A DNA stretch of 64,000 nt. Source: Alphaproteobacteria bacterium (GTDB taxonomy: Bacteria > Pseudomonadota > Alphaproteobacteria > Bin95). A program made the translations under genes and the position numbers. The stretch lies in the NCBI GenBank assembly GCA_964291285.2, contig OZ219787.1, forward strand, positions 224,001 to 288,000, in the 5' to 3' direction. This document shows, in pieces, positions 38,008 to 47,576 of the stretch. Each line of letters opens with the position of its first letter. Positions within the stretch are counted from its first letter, which is position 1. The notes under the pieces are model-generated. The model did no database searches. It saw only the letters and a list, made by a program, of their open reading frames with translations, and had not been told where the DNA came from.

Positions 38008-39239
38008 AGCCCCATGACCGCCCGCCAGGCCTTCCAGAAGCCGCGCACCGAGGTCTCGGTCGCGCGGCCCCGCTGGCTCTCCGTGCCGGCGCCGCCCATC
38101 TCGACCACGCCCGCAAGGCCGGCCGCGCCTGCCGCGCCGCGCTGCACGAAGCCGCCGACCGCGCCGTCCTCCATCGAGATGAAGCCCGCCGGCCCCACCA
38201 TGTTCGCCTGCAGGAGGCGCAGCTCCGCAAGCTCGGGGTCGTCGTCCTCGAAGCCGTAATAGGTCCAGAGCAGTTCCGTGCGGTCCACGCCCTTCGGCAC
38301 CACCTGGCGCACGGCCAGCGCGTTCTGCACCTGCTGCGAGACGAAGGTCGGGAAGACGGTCAGGATCTGGAGCGAGACGCCGTCGCCGAACTCGTCGCGG
38401 CCGCGGATGAGGCGCGGGTCGGCGAGCGCGTAATCGTCCTTCCAGGCGCGCAGGCCCCCCTTCTCATAGTCCTCGTTCGGCCGGTCGGTCTGCATGCGCG
38501 ACCAGCTCACATGGTGGCCGCCGCTCCCGTCCACCTCGACGCCGCCCTCCTGGGTCAGCCGGTTCAGCCGGAAGGTGGCGAAGAAGGAATGCAGCAGGCT
38601 CGCATGGTAGCTGTCCTTCACGTTCTCGACATAGAGCTTCCAGTTGTTCGGCAGCATCTGGCGGTGGCGGCCGAGCAGCCGGACCGGCTTGCCCAGCACG
38701 CGGGCCAGCCGGGCGCGGATTTCGGGCCCGAGCCAGTCCTCCAGGCCGGCCACGTCCGGGCTGAAGGTGCCGAACACCAGCCCGCACCAGGCGGTGACAC
38801 GCAGCTTGCGCGGCCCGTGCCGGGCCTTGTCGAAACCCTCCGGCATGCCGCCGGCGCCGTCTATGCCGCCCTCGAAGGCCACGCCGCGCAGATTGCCTTC
38901 GAGGTCGTAGTTCCAGGCGTGATAGACGCACTGGATGCGCCGCCCGCGCCCGCCTTCGCCAAGGCAGATGAGCGCGCCGCGATGGGCGCAGCGGTTCTCG
39001 AAGGCGTGCAGCCGGCCGTGCCGGTCGCGGCTGACGATCACCGGCGTCTCGCCGACGAAGGTGGTGCGCCAGGAGGCCGGCTCCGGCAGCTCCGCCTCCA
39101 TGCAGAGGAAATGCCAGGCGGGGCCGCGAAACAGGCGCTCCTGTTCCGCTTCGTAAAGGGCGGGGTCGCGGTAAACCTCGTAAGGCACACGGGTCAGGCC
39201 CGGACCCGGCCAGGCCGGCAATTGCGGCTGCTCCTGCAT
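38004..39239 (-). CDS. Rieske ring-hydroxylating oxygenase alpha subunit (anthranilate/salicylate/terephthalate type)
   Basis: Motifs NRCAHRG...CVYHAW, ENVKDSYHASLLH and GPAGFISMEDG. Confidence 0.9.
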   Translation of the reverse strand: MQEQPQLPAWPGPGLTRVPYEVYRDPALYEAEQERLFRGPAWHFLCMEAELPEPASWRTTFVGETPVIVSRDRHGRLHAFENRCAHRGALICLGEGGRGRRIQCVYHAWNYDLEGNLRGVAFEGGIDGAGGMPEGFDKARHGPRKLRVTAWCGLVFGTFSPDVAGLEDWLGPEIRARLARVLGKPVRLLGRHRQMLPNNWKLYVENVKDSYHASLLHSFFATFRLNRLTQEGGVEVDGSGGHHVSWSRMQTDRPNEDYEKGGLRAWKDDYALADPRLIRGRDEFGDGVSLQILTVFPTFVSQQVQNALAVRQVVPKGVDRTELLWTYYGFEDDDPELAELRLLQANMVGPAGFISMEDGAVGGFVQRGAAGAAGLAGVVEMGGAGTESQRGRATETSVRGFWKAWRAVMGL

Positions 39240-39351
39240 GGCCCGGCGAGCCTAGCCGATAAAATTTTTTTCCGCGACGGGCCTTGAAATTGCGAAACGC
39301 CGCCCCATTCTGCCGCAGACGCATCGGCATTGCGGGCGCAAAGAAAGCCCC

Positions 39352-39398
39352 TTGACTGTAATGCTGCAATGCAACATTCTTCACTGCAACGCAACATC
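39352..39398 (+). promoter_or_regulatory. promoter with repeated TGC/GCA motifs (PhaR-site-like)
   Basis: TTGACT followed by CTGCAATGCAACAT and CTGCAACGCAACAT. Confidence 0.45.
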
Positions 39399-39416
39399 CA
39401 CCGGGAGACATGAGCC

Positions 39417-39638
39417 ATGTCCGCTGCCAACGGCGCCTCCGTGCGTTCCCTGTTCGAAAACGCCAAACAATCGCCCTTCCGCACCTGCCAGTGGCCGTTC
39501 GGCGACCCGCAGGACCTGGAGACTTTCCGCTATTGCGGCGAGCCGACGCTCGCGCCGCATTCCTACTGCGCCCACCATGTCGAGATGGCCTATCGCGACC
39601 CCGACGAGGAGCGCGAAGCGAAGCGCGCCGCCGCCTAG
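39417..39638 (+). CDS. short GcrA-family protein (C-terminal Cys/His domain only)
   Basis: TCQWPFGDP...FRYCG...YCAHH. Confidence 0.8.
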   Translation: MSAANGASVRSLFENAKQSPFRTCQWPFGDPQDLETFRYCGEPTLAPHSYCAHHVEMAYRDPDEEREAKRAAA

Positions 39639-41704
39639 CCCGGCGCGCGGGCGGTCCGGTCTTCCTGCGGCACCGAGAAGATCTGGCCGGGGAAGATCAG
39701 GTCCGGATTGCCGATCTGCGCCTGGTTGGCGGCGTAGATGACGGTGTAGCGGACACCCTGGCCGTACACCCTGCGCGCGATGCGCCAGAGGCTGTTGCCC
39801 GGCTGCACCACCACGATGTCGCCCGGCGGGAAGTCGGTGATCGGGTCCGCGCGCTCGAAGGGCAGGCGGATGCGCGAGCGCGGTTCCCCCCCGGGGCCGC
39901 GTTCCTCAACCGTGAGGTCGTAGCGTCCGGGCGCGACATCGCGTTCCACGCGAAGGCGCCATTCGCCCTTTTCGTCCGCGCGGGCTTCGCCCAGCGATTC
40001 GGAGCCGGACTCCGCGCCGGCGATCTTCGGCTCGACGGTCGAGCCGGGCTTCGCCGTTCCGGAAAGCGCCAGATTGCCCTTGTCGTCGTAATCGACCGAA
40101 TCGACGGACACGCCTCCCGGCGACGGCTTGCCGCCGGCCGCTGCCTGCGCCCCTTCCGGGGCAGCCGCCGCCGGCGCGGCCGTCCCGGCGGGCGCAGCAG
40201 GAGCTTCTGCCGCCGGTTTCGGGGACGAAGCGTCGGCGCTGCCCGGCTTCGGTTCTTCAGGGGTCGCCGCGGCCATGACGGCGGGCGCCTCTTCCGTCTG
40301 TTCCTCTCCGGATGCGTCCTCGCCGGTAGCCGCCTGCCGGCCGGCCGCCGGCCGGTCCTGCTCGGGCTTTGCGGGCGCTTTGGCAACGGTCGGGGACGCC
40401 TCGCCGGTCTTGTCTTCCGAGGTCCGGTCCTCTCCGGTTGCCGCCTGCTGACCGGCCGCCGCCGAAGGGCTGGCCGGCCGGTCCTGCTCGGGCTTTGCAG
40501 GGGCTTTGGCGACGGTCGGGGACGCTTCGCCAGCCTTGTCCTCGGAAGGCTGGTCCTCTCCGGTTGCCGCCGCCTGTTGCCCGGTCGTCACCGGAGCAGG
40601 GGCCGGCCGGTCCTGCTCGGGCTTTGCGGGCGCCTTGGCGACGGTCGAAGACGCCTCGCCGGTCTTGTCTGCCGCGGGCCGGTCGTCACTCGTTGCCGCC
40701 GTCTGCCGGCCGGCAGCCCTGTCAGCGCCTTCGTCCCCGGCTTCCGCCTTCCCGGACGCCCGGGTCGCAACCCGGGTTTCCTCCGTCCCGGCGGTTGCCG
40801 GGGCAGCCTTGTCATCGGCCGGCGCCGGTGGCTGCGCAGCCTGTGTCGCGGAACCTGCCGGCGGGGCGGCCTGCTCTCCGGAAGCAGGAGCCTGCGCGGC
40901 GGTCGGAGACGGGTCCCCGCGCCCGCCCGCCGCCGGCGCCGGCTGTGGCCTCTCCCCGGCTTTCGCCGCGTCCTTGCCGGCGGGAGGCTGTTCTCCGGCT
41001 CCGCCGCCTTGTGTCGCACCCGCGCCAGCTACCGCCGCCTGCTGCGACCGGGACCCGGCTGCGTCCGCTCCCGCCGGCTGCGCCGCATCCTTCGGGGCTT
41101 CGGCAAGAACGACCGGCTTTTCAGGAGCGGCCGGGGGCTCGCCGCCGGGCGGGCTTTCGGGGCGCTGGATAACCTCGCTCGCGCCGAAGTCTCCTGTCGG
41201 AACGGCGACCACCAGCGGCTTTCCGCCGGTTCCCTCCGGGATCGAGACGACGATCGTCTTGTCGCCCACTTCCTTCTTGCCGTTCTTTCCGGTCGATTCG
41301 ATCGTCACGGCGTGGTCGCCCGCGGGCAGCGGCTTTTCGGGAAGCGCAACCCACTTGCCCCGCTCGTCGGCCTTCACCGTCGCGAGAGGTCCGTCCTGGG
41401 TGGCGACGGTGACCGACGCGCCCGGCTCGGCCTTGCCGGCGATCACGGTATCGCCGTCCTCGTTGATGCGCACGACGTCGAGTTGTGGCTTCGCCGGCAG
41501 TTCGTCGGGCGCCGCAGCAGGCGCGGCGGCAGGCGTCCCCGACGCGCCCGGCGCCTCCGCGGACGGGGCCGTCTCGGGGGCTGCAGCGGTCTGCGCCGGC
41601 GGCGCCGGCTCCGTCTCTTCGAACAGGTCGGGATAGGCACCCCGCCACAAGGCGTAGAGAACCAGCGCAAGGCCGACGACGGCTATGGGAATAATGCGGG
41701 CCAC
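39635..41704 (-). CDS. LysM peptidoglycan-binding protein with Ig-like domains and long Ala/Pro linker
   Basis: C-terminal VVQPGNSLWRIAR...NPDLIFPGQ; N-terminal TM segment. Confidence 0.9.
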   Translation of the reverse strand: MARIIPIAVVGLALVLYALWRGAYPDLFEETEPAPPAQTAAAPETAPSAEAPGASGTPAAAPAAAPDELPAKPQLDVVRINEDGDTVIAGKAEPGASVTVATQDGPLATVKADERGKWVALPEKPLPAGDHAVTIESTGKNGKKEVGDKTIVVSIPEGTGGKPLVVAVPTGDFGASEVIQRPESPPGGEPPAAPEKPVVLAEAPKDAAQPAGADAAGSRSQQAAVAGAGATQGGGAGEQPPAGKDAAKAGERPQPAPAAGGRGDPSPTAAQAPASGEQAAPPAGSATQAAQPPAPADDKAAPATAGTEETRVATRASGKAEAGDEGADRAAGRQTAATSDDRPAADKTGEASSTVAKAPAKPEQDRPAPAPVTTGQQAAATGEDQPSEDKAGEASPTVAKAPAKPEQDRPASPSAAAGQQAATGEDRTSEDKTGEASPTVAKAPAKPEQDRPAAGRQAATGEDASGEEQTEEAPAVMAAATPEEPKPGSADASSPKPAAEAPAAPAGTAAPAAAAPEGAQAAAGGKPSPGGVSVDSVDYDDKGNLALSGTAKPGSTVEPKIAGAESGSESLGEARADEKGEWRLRVERDVAPGRYDLTVEERGPGGEPRSRIRLPFERADPITDFPPGDIVVVQPGNSLWRIARRVYGQGVRYTVIYAANQAQIGNPDLIFPGQIFSVPQEDRTARAPG
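40320..40690 (-). repeat. three intragenic tandem repeats of about 126-129 bp
   Basis: DK(T/A)GEAS(S/P)TVAKAPAKPEQDRPA three times. Confidence 0.85.
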
Positions 41705-41767
41705 GAACGCTACCGTTTCGTTACGATGGCAACATAGACCGCGCTACCCGTCGAAGAAAGGTTCGAC

Positions 41768-42325
41768 ATGACGAAGATCGAGAGCGTCTGCGTGTTCTGC
41801 GGCTCCCGGGTCGGGGACAGGCCGGCGCGCCGCGCGCTTGCGGCGGAGACCGGGCGGCTTATCGCGGAGGCCGGCATGCGCACCGTCTATGGCGGCGGGC
41901 ATGTGGGCCTGATGGGCGTGCTCGCCGACGCCGCGCTGGAGGCAGGCGGCGAGGTCATAGGGGTCATTCCCGAATTCCTGCATGAGCGGGAAGTGATGCA
42001 TTCCGGCCTGACGGAGCTCGTGGTGACCCCGTCCATGCACGAACGCAAGGCGGAGATGCATGCCCGCTCCGACGCCTTCCTCGTCCTCCCCGGCGGCATC
42101 GGCACGCTGGACGAGGTTGCGGAGGCGCTGTCCTGGATCAGCCTCGACCTGCACCGCAAGCCGGTCATCCTGGTGGACCGCGCCTTCTGGTCGCCGCTCT
42201 CGCACCTGCTCTCGGAGATGGAGTGCGCAGGTTTCGTCTCGCCGGACCTGCTGGAAAGCACGGCCTTCGTCGAAACCGCAGGCGAGGCGCTCGCCCTGCT
42301 GGCTGAGCGGGGCGGACGCGACTGA
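41768..42325 (+). CDS. LOG family protein (TIGR00730-like)
   Basis: Motifs YGGGHVGLMG, MHERK and PGGIGTLDE. Confidence 0.92.
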   Translation: MTKIESVCVFCGSRVGDRPARRALAAETGRLIAEAGMRTVYGGGHVGLMGVLADAALEAGGEVIGVIPEFLHEREVMHSGLTELVVTPSMHERKAEMHARSDAFLVLPGGIGTLDEVAEALSWISLDLHRKPVILVDRAFWSPLSHLLSEMECAGFVSPDLLESTAFVETAGEALALLAERGGRD

Positions 42326-42394
42326 CCGCCGGTTGCGCGGCGGCGCGGGGGCTGTCACATTCCGGCCGCGCTGGAAAAGCAGGGGAAAGGGGTC

Positions 42395-43546
42395 ATGGAA
42401 CGGGCCGAGCAGATCAGGATCGGGCACAGGCTGCTTGCGCATCTCGACGCGAAATCCACCGACCGGACGGACGAGGTGTTCCGCCTCGGCGTGGAGGATT
42501 ACACCTGCCGCGACCAGCTCGCCTCGGAGCAGCAGGCCTTCTTCCGGCGCATGCCGCTCGCCATCGGCCTCTCCTGCCTGCTGCCCGAGCCGGGGGACTT
42601 CCTCGCCCACGACCATTCCGGCGACCCGCTGCTGTTCGTCCGCCAGCGGGACGGCAGCCTTCGCGGCTTCCTGAACGTCTGCCGGCATCGCGGCGCCAAG
42701 CTCGCCCGGGGCTGCGGCCATGCCTCCGCCTTCTCCTGCCCCTACCACGCCTGGACCTACGGACTGGACGGCAGGCTGCTGTCGCGCCCGGACGAGCAGT
42801 CCTTTTCCGGCGTGGAGAAGGCAACCAGCGGCCTCGTGCAAATTCCCTGCATCGAGCGCGACGGCGTCATCTGGGCCTCGGCGACGCCGGGCGCCGATCT
42901 CGACCTCGACGCGCATCTCGGGCCGCTCGCCAGAGACCTCGCCGCCTACGGCCTGGCCGGCTACCACCATTACGAGACGCGCGAGTGCAGCCGGTCCTTC
43001 AACTGGAAGCTGCTGGTGGACACCTTCCTCGAGACCTACCACCTCTCGACGCTGCACACCGAGACCATCCATCCGATCATCCACACCAATCTCTGCGCCT
43101 TCGACGCGATGGGCCGGCACCTGCGCATGACCGGCGCGCGCCGGACCATCGAGGAAATGCGCGGACAGGCGGAAGCCGACTGGGACGTGATCCGCCACAC
43201 GGTGATCGTCTATGTGCTCTTCCCCAACACGGTGTTCCTCGTGCAGGGCGACCATATCGAGACCTGGCATGTCTATCCGGCGCCGGGCGACCCGGACCGC
43301 TGCAACATGCGGATTTCGCTCTACACGCCCGAGCCGCCGCTGACCGACAGCGCGCGCCGGCACTGGGACAATAATTTCGACCTCCTGATGCGCACCGTCG
43401 AGGGCGAGGACTTTCCCGTGGGCGAGGACATGCAGCGCGGCTTCCACTCGCTGGCGCAGAGCCACATCACCTTCGGGCGCAACGAGCCGGCGCTCGCCCA
43501 TTTCCACGCCCAGGTCAGGGACGCGCTCGGACTCGAGGCCGCCTGA
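42395..43546 (+). CDS. Rieske oxygenase alpha subunit (SRPBCC), no adjacent beta subunit
   Basis: Motifs NVCRHRG...CPYHAW and FLETYHLSTLH. Confidence 0.88.
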   Translation: MERAEQIRIGHRLLAHLDAKSTDRTDEVFRLGVEDYTCRDQLASEQQAFFRRMPLAIGLSCLLPEPGDFLAHDHSGDPLLFVRQRDGSLRGFLNVCRHRGAKLARGCGHASAFSCPYHAWTYGLDGRLLSRPDEQSFSGVEKATSGLVQIPCIERDGVIWASATPGADLDLDAHLGPLARDLAAYGLAGYHHYETRECSRSFNWKLLVDTFLETYHLSTLHTETIHPIIHTNLCAFDAMGRHLRMTGARRTIEEMRGQAEADWDVIRHTVIVYVLFPNTVFLVQGDHIETWHVYPAPGDPDRCNMRISLYTPEPPLTDSARRHWDNNFDLLMRTVEGEDFPVGEDMQRGFHSLAQSHITFGRNEPALAHFHAQVRDALGLEAA

Positions 43547-43551
43547 GGGCC

Positions 43552-44439
43552 ATGACCGGCGGCCCGGCGGAATACGGCCATGACGAGCGCATGTTCGACT
43601 GGCCGACGGTCTATCGCGGCGACCTGTTCCAGGGCGAGACGGCGCTGGTCTCCGGCGGCGGCAGCGGGCTCGGCAAGGCGACGGCGATCCTGTTCGCGCG
43701 GCTCGGCGCCCGGGTCACCGTCATCGGGCGCGACCGGGCCAAGCTCGATGCGCTGGAGGCGCAATTCGGGGAACGCGGCCTCCGACTGGACGCGGCCGTC
43801 TGCAACATCCGCGACCCGGAGGCCGTCAGCGCGCTGCTCGGGCGCGTGTTCGAGGAGCACGGGCGGCTGGATCATCTCGTCAACAATGCCGGCGGCCAGT
43901 TCGCGCAGGACGCCATCGACTTCTCGGTCAAGGGCTGGCGGGCCGTCATCGACACCAACCTGAACGGCACCTGGTGGATGATGCAGACCGCCGCCCGCTT
44001 CTGGCGGGAGCGGGAGGAAAGCGGCTCCATCGTCAATGTCGTCGCGGACATATGGCGCGGCATACCCGGCGTGGCGCATACGACCGCGGCGCGCGCCGGC
44101 GTGGTCTATCTCTCCAGGACGGTGGCGGTCGAGTGGGCGCCGCTTGGCATCCGCATCAATTGCGTGGCGCCCGGCTGCTGCGAGACGACGGCGTTCGGCC
44201 GCTACCCGGCATCAGGCGCCGCCACATTCGCCCAGTCCAACCCGATGCTGCGCGCGGGAGACGAATGGGACGTGGCGGAAGCCATTGCCTATCTGTCGGC
44301 GCCGTCGGGCAAGTTCATCACCGGCGAAGTGGTGACGGTGGACGGCGGCCAGCAGCTTTGGGGCGACCCCTGGGCGTTCGGGCGGCCGTCCTGGTTCGAA
44401 CTCGACTATTCCGGCGCCGGGCGGGAGGACGGGTTGTGA
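43552..44439 (+). CDS. SDR oxidoreductase (trans-2-enoyl-CoA reductase-like)
   Basis: Motifs SGGGSGLG, NNAGGQF and AHTTAARAG. Confidence 0.85.
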   Translation: MTGGPAEYGHDERMFDWPTVYRGDLFQGETALVSGGGSGLGKATAILFARLGARVTVIGRDRAKLDALEAQFGERGLRLDAAVCNIRDPEAVSALLGRVFEEHGRLDHLVNNAGGQFAQDAIDFSVKGWRAVIDTNLNGTWWMMQTAARFWREREESGSIVNVVADIWRGIPGVAHTTAARAGVVYLSRTVAVEWAPLGIRINCVAPGCCETTAFGRYPASGAATFAQSNPMLRAGDEWDVAEAIAYLSAPSGKFITGEVVTVDGGQQLWGDPWAFGRPSWFELDYSGAGREDGL

Positions 44440-45623
44440 GCGCGCCGATGGAGGGCATCCGGGTCCTCGACCTCACCTCCGTGCTGTTCGGCCCCTATTG
44501 CACCATGCTGCTCGGGGACATGGGCGCCGACGTGGTGAAGATCGAGGCGCCCGCGGGCGATACGACCCGCTCCACCGGGCCGGGGCGCAATCCCGGCATG
44601 GCGGCCTTTTTCCTGCTCTGCAACCGCAACAAGCGCAGCGTCTGCCTCGACCTCAAGCAGGAGGGCGCGCGCGAGGCGCTCTGGCGGCTGGTGGACACGG
44701 CCGACGTGTTCATCCACTCGATCCGCCCGCAGGCCATCGACCGGCTCGGCTTCGGCCCGGACGCGGTCAGGGCGCGCAATCCGCGCATGGTCTATGTCGG
44801 GCTGCACGGCTTCTCGGAGGCGGGGCCCTATGCCGGGCGGCCGGCCTATGACGACATCATCCAGGGCGGCTCCGGCCTGGCGGCGCTGATGGAGCCGCTC
44901 GCGGGCGAGCCGCGCTTCACGCCGATGGTCGCCGCCGACAAGACCTGCGGGCTGATGGCGGCCTCGGCCGTGACGGCCGCGCTGCTGCACCGGGAACGGA
45001 CGGGGGAAGGCCAGTTCGTCGAGGTGCCGATGTTCGAGACGATGGCGCATTTCAACACCATGGAGCATCTCTACGGCCATGTGTTCGACCCGCCGCTGGC
45101 GCCGATGGGCTATCCGCGCGTGCTCGCCCGCTGGCGCAAGCCCTACCCGACGGCGGACGGGCACCTGAACGTGCTCCCCTACAATGACGGCCAATGGCGG
45201 CGCTTCGTCGAGGCGGTGGGCCGGCCGCAGCTCGCGGACGACCCGCTCTACGCCGACCTCGGCGCGCGCACGGAGAATGTCGAGCAGCTCTATGTCACCG
45301 TCGGGGAAATCCTGGCGACGCGCACCACGGAGGAATGGGTCGAACTGCTGGAGCGGCTGGAGATCCCCTATATGCGCGTGAACGCGATGGAGGACCTCGC
45401 CGACGACCCGCACCTGAAGGCGGTCGGCTTCTTCCGCCATATGGAGCATCCGAGCGAGGGGCCCATCGTGCAGCCGGACTTCCCGGTGCGCTTCGGGAAC
45501 AGCGGCCATGTCTATGCCCATCACTCGCCGCGCCTGGGCCAGCACACCGCCGAACTGCTGGCTGAAGCCGGCTACGGGGCGGAGGAGATCGACGCGCTGC
45601 TCGCGTCGGGCGCCGCAGTTTGA
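44436..45623 (+). CDS. CaiB/BaiF family III CoA-transferase
   Basis: Motifs LGDMGADVVKIE, NRNKRS and AYDDIIQ. Confidence 0.92.
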   Translation: MSAPMEGIRVLDLTSVLFGPYCTMLLGDMGADVVKIEAPAGDTTRSTGPGRNPGMAAFFLLCNRNKRSVCLDLKQEGAREALWRLVDTADVFIHSIRPQAIDRLGFGPDAVRARNPRMVYVGLHGFSEAGPYAGRPAYDDIIQGGSGLAALMEPLAGEPRFTPMVAADKTCGLMAASAVTAALLHRERTGEGQFVEVPMFETMAHFNTMEHLYGHVFDPPLAPMGYPRVLARWRKPYPTADGHLNVLPYNDGQWRRFVEAVGRPQLADDPLYADLGARTENVEQLYVTVGEILATRTTEEWVELLERLEIPYMRVNAMEDLADDPHLKAVGFFRHMEHPSEGPIVQPDFPVRFGNSGHVYAHHSPRLGQHTAELLAEAGYGAEEIDALLASGAAV

Positions 45624-45698
45624 GTTGCCCGGCTTGCACGGCGTTTCGCAAACGCTAGGTTGCCCGGACAGGACAGAACGCGCCCGGCATTGACGGAG

Positions 45699-47069
45699 AT
45701 GACGGCGAACACCGGACAGAATCGCGCGCCCGATCTGGACAGGCTCCCGGACTTCATCGAGGAACGGGACCGGAATGCTGCGTGGTTCTTCGTGGGGCGC
45801 AGTACACAGGTCGAGTATATCGAGAGAACCTGCGATCTGGCGCTTCGCCGTTTCCAGGAGGGTACGGCGCTGGCGGGCGCAACCGTACTCATACAGGGCG
45901 CCCCGGGCGCCGGTAAGACTGCCTTGCTCAAGCATCTTCGGGAAAAATGGGCAATGGCAGACACGGTGTCGGCGCCCGTCGCCCTGTATGTCGATCCCTC
46001 GGAACTCGGGGACCCGGCAGCGATTATGACGCGCATCGCCGAAGCCATCGATCCGGCCAAGGCAACCGAATTTCGCCGGACAACCGCTTCGGGCGGAGAG
46101 GCAAAGGCGGGAGTGCTCGGCGTAGGCGTAGGCGGGACATGGGGCGCTGCGACGGCGCCGCCCCCCCCGGATTTCGCCGCTCTTCGGATGCTGTTTCCCG
46201 CCGAGGCATGGACGCGCCCACTCTGCCTGATGGTCGATGAGGTCCAGGGCCTGACCCAGCATCAGGCCGCCTTGCTTCGACCGTTGCACCTGGCGGGCGA
46301 CGGCCTTCCTATCGTGCCGGTTCTGGCCGGCTTGGCGAGTTCGCAGGAGGCCCTCGCCAGACAAGGGGGCATTTCCCGCCTCTCGACGGGCGCCGTGCAC
46401 ACGCTCGGCCGCCTTGGCGCCGGACAGGCAGCGGAAGCCGTGCAGCGGATGCTGGCCTGCTTCCGCATCGGGGCGGAGGACGCCGAAGCCGAGCGGTGGG
46501 CGGCGCTGCTGGAACACGATTCGGACCGCTGGCCGCAGCATCTTCAAAACGCGATGCGGGCGCTCGGTGAGGGGCTGTTGAAGGCCGGCGGCGTGCTCTC
46601 CGCGGTCGACGAAACGGCGGTGCTTCGCCGCGCGCAGGCATGGCGGCTCGAATCCTACAGGCAGCGCAGAAGCCCGGAGATGCGGGGTGCGGTCATCCTT
46701 GTAGGCCACCTCATGGCAGCGGTCGGGGATGGCGGGCTTCACAGGCACCAGATCGTCGACACCATCAGCGCCCGTATCGGCGACAGGCCCGAAGGCAGCA
46801 GCGCCAGGCGGCTGCCCAACGGCATTTCGCCGGAAGAGTTCCTCGAACACCTCATTCACAGGGGCGCACTGCAGGAGGGCGAGGACGACAGGCTGGTCTG
46901 CCCGATCCCCAGCTTCCGCACTTTCCTGATCGAAGAGGCCGTCCGTACCATGTTCGACAAGAATGAATTCATCCTCGAAGGGACTGGGGAGCATTCCCCG
47001 ACAGAACACGACGCCCGGCTTCTGACGGAAATGGATCGTGAACCCGAACCGACCGATCCGGCCGGGTAA
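45699..47069 (+). CDS. stand-alone P-loop ATPase (AAA_16/AAA_22-like)
   Basis: FVGR, Walker A GAPGAGKT, Walker B LMVDE, C-terminal CPIPSFRTFL. Confidence 0.8.
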   Translation: MTANTGQNRAPDLDRLPDFIEERDRNAAWFFVGRSTQVEYIERTCDLALRRFQEGTALAGATVLIQGAPGAGKTALLKHLREKWAMADTVSAPVALYVDPSELGDPAAIMTRIAEAIDPAKATEFRRTTASGGEAKAGVLGVGVGGTWGAATAPPPPDFAALRMLFPAEAWTRPLCLMVDEVQGLTQHQAALLRPLHLAGDGLPIVPVLAGLASSQEALARQGGISRLSTGAVHTLGRLGAGQAAEAVQRMLACFRIGAEDAEAERWAALLEHDSDRWPQHLQNAMRALGEGLLKAGGVLSAVDETAVLRRAQAWRLESYRQRRSPEMRGAVILVGHLMAAVGDGGLHRHQIVDTISARIGDRPEGSSARRLPNGISPEEFLEHLIHRGALQEGEDDRLVCPIPSFRTFLIEEAVRTMFDKNEFILEGTGEHSPTEHDARLLTEMDREPEPTDPAG

Positions 47070-47117
47070 GTCCGGCCTGCAACCGAATCCTGCCGAAGAA
47101 CAAGGAACACCAAGCCC

Positions 47118-47576
47118 ATGCGCACTGTCGGCCTCGGCCTGCACTGGGACGAACTCGAAATCGGGGAGCGGTTCCGCACCATCAACCGCACCGTGACCGA
47201 AGCGGACCTCGTGAACTTCATCAATGCCTGCGGCATGGTGGAGATGATCTTCACCGACACCACCTATGCGGGCCAGGGCGCGATTGCCGGGGCGCGGCCG
47301 GTGCCGGGCGCGCTCTGCTACACCTTCGCCGAGGGGCTGCTGGTGCAGTCCACCATGCAGCACACCGGGCTCGCCATGCTGGAGACCGAGCTCAAGGTGC
47401 TGGGCCCGACCAATGTCGGCGACACCATCCATGTCGAGGTGGAGGTGCTGAATGTGCGCGCCACCAGCAAGGGCAATCGCGGCATCGTGACGACGAGGAA
47501 CGACGTGGTGAACCAGCGCGGCGAGACGGTGGTGAGCTACAAGGCCGTCCGGATGATGAAGGGGCGCGAGAATTGA
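47118..47576 (+). CDS. MaoC family dehydratase
   Basis: Motifs RTVTEADL, VGDTI and NQRGE. Confidence 0.88.
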   Translation: MRTVGLGLHWDELEIGERFRTINRTVTEADLVNFINACGMVEMIFTDTTYAGQGAIAGARPVPGALCYTFAEGLLVQSTMQHTGLAMLETELKVLGPTNVGDTIHVEVEVLNVRATSKGNRGIVTTRNDVVNQRGETVVSYKAVRMMKGREN

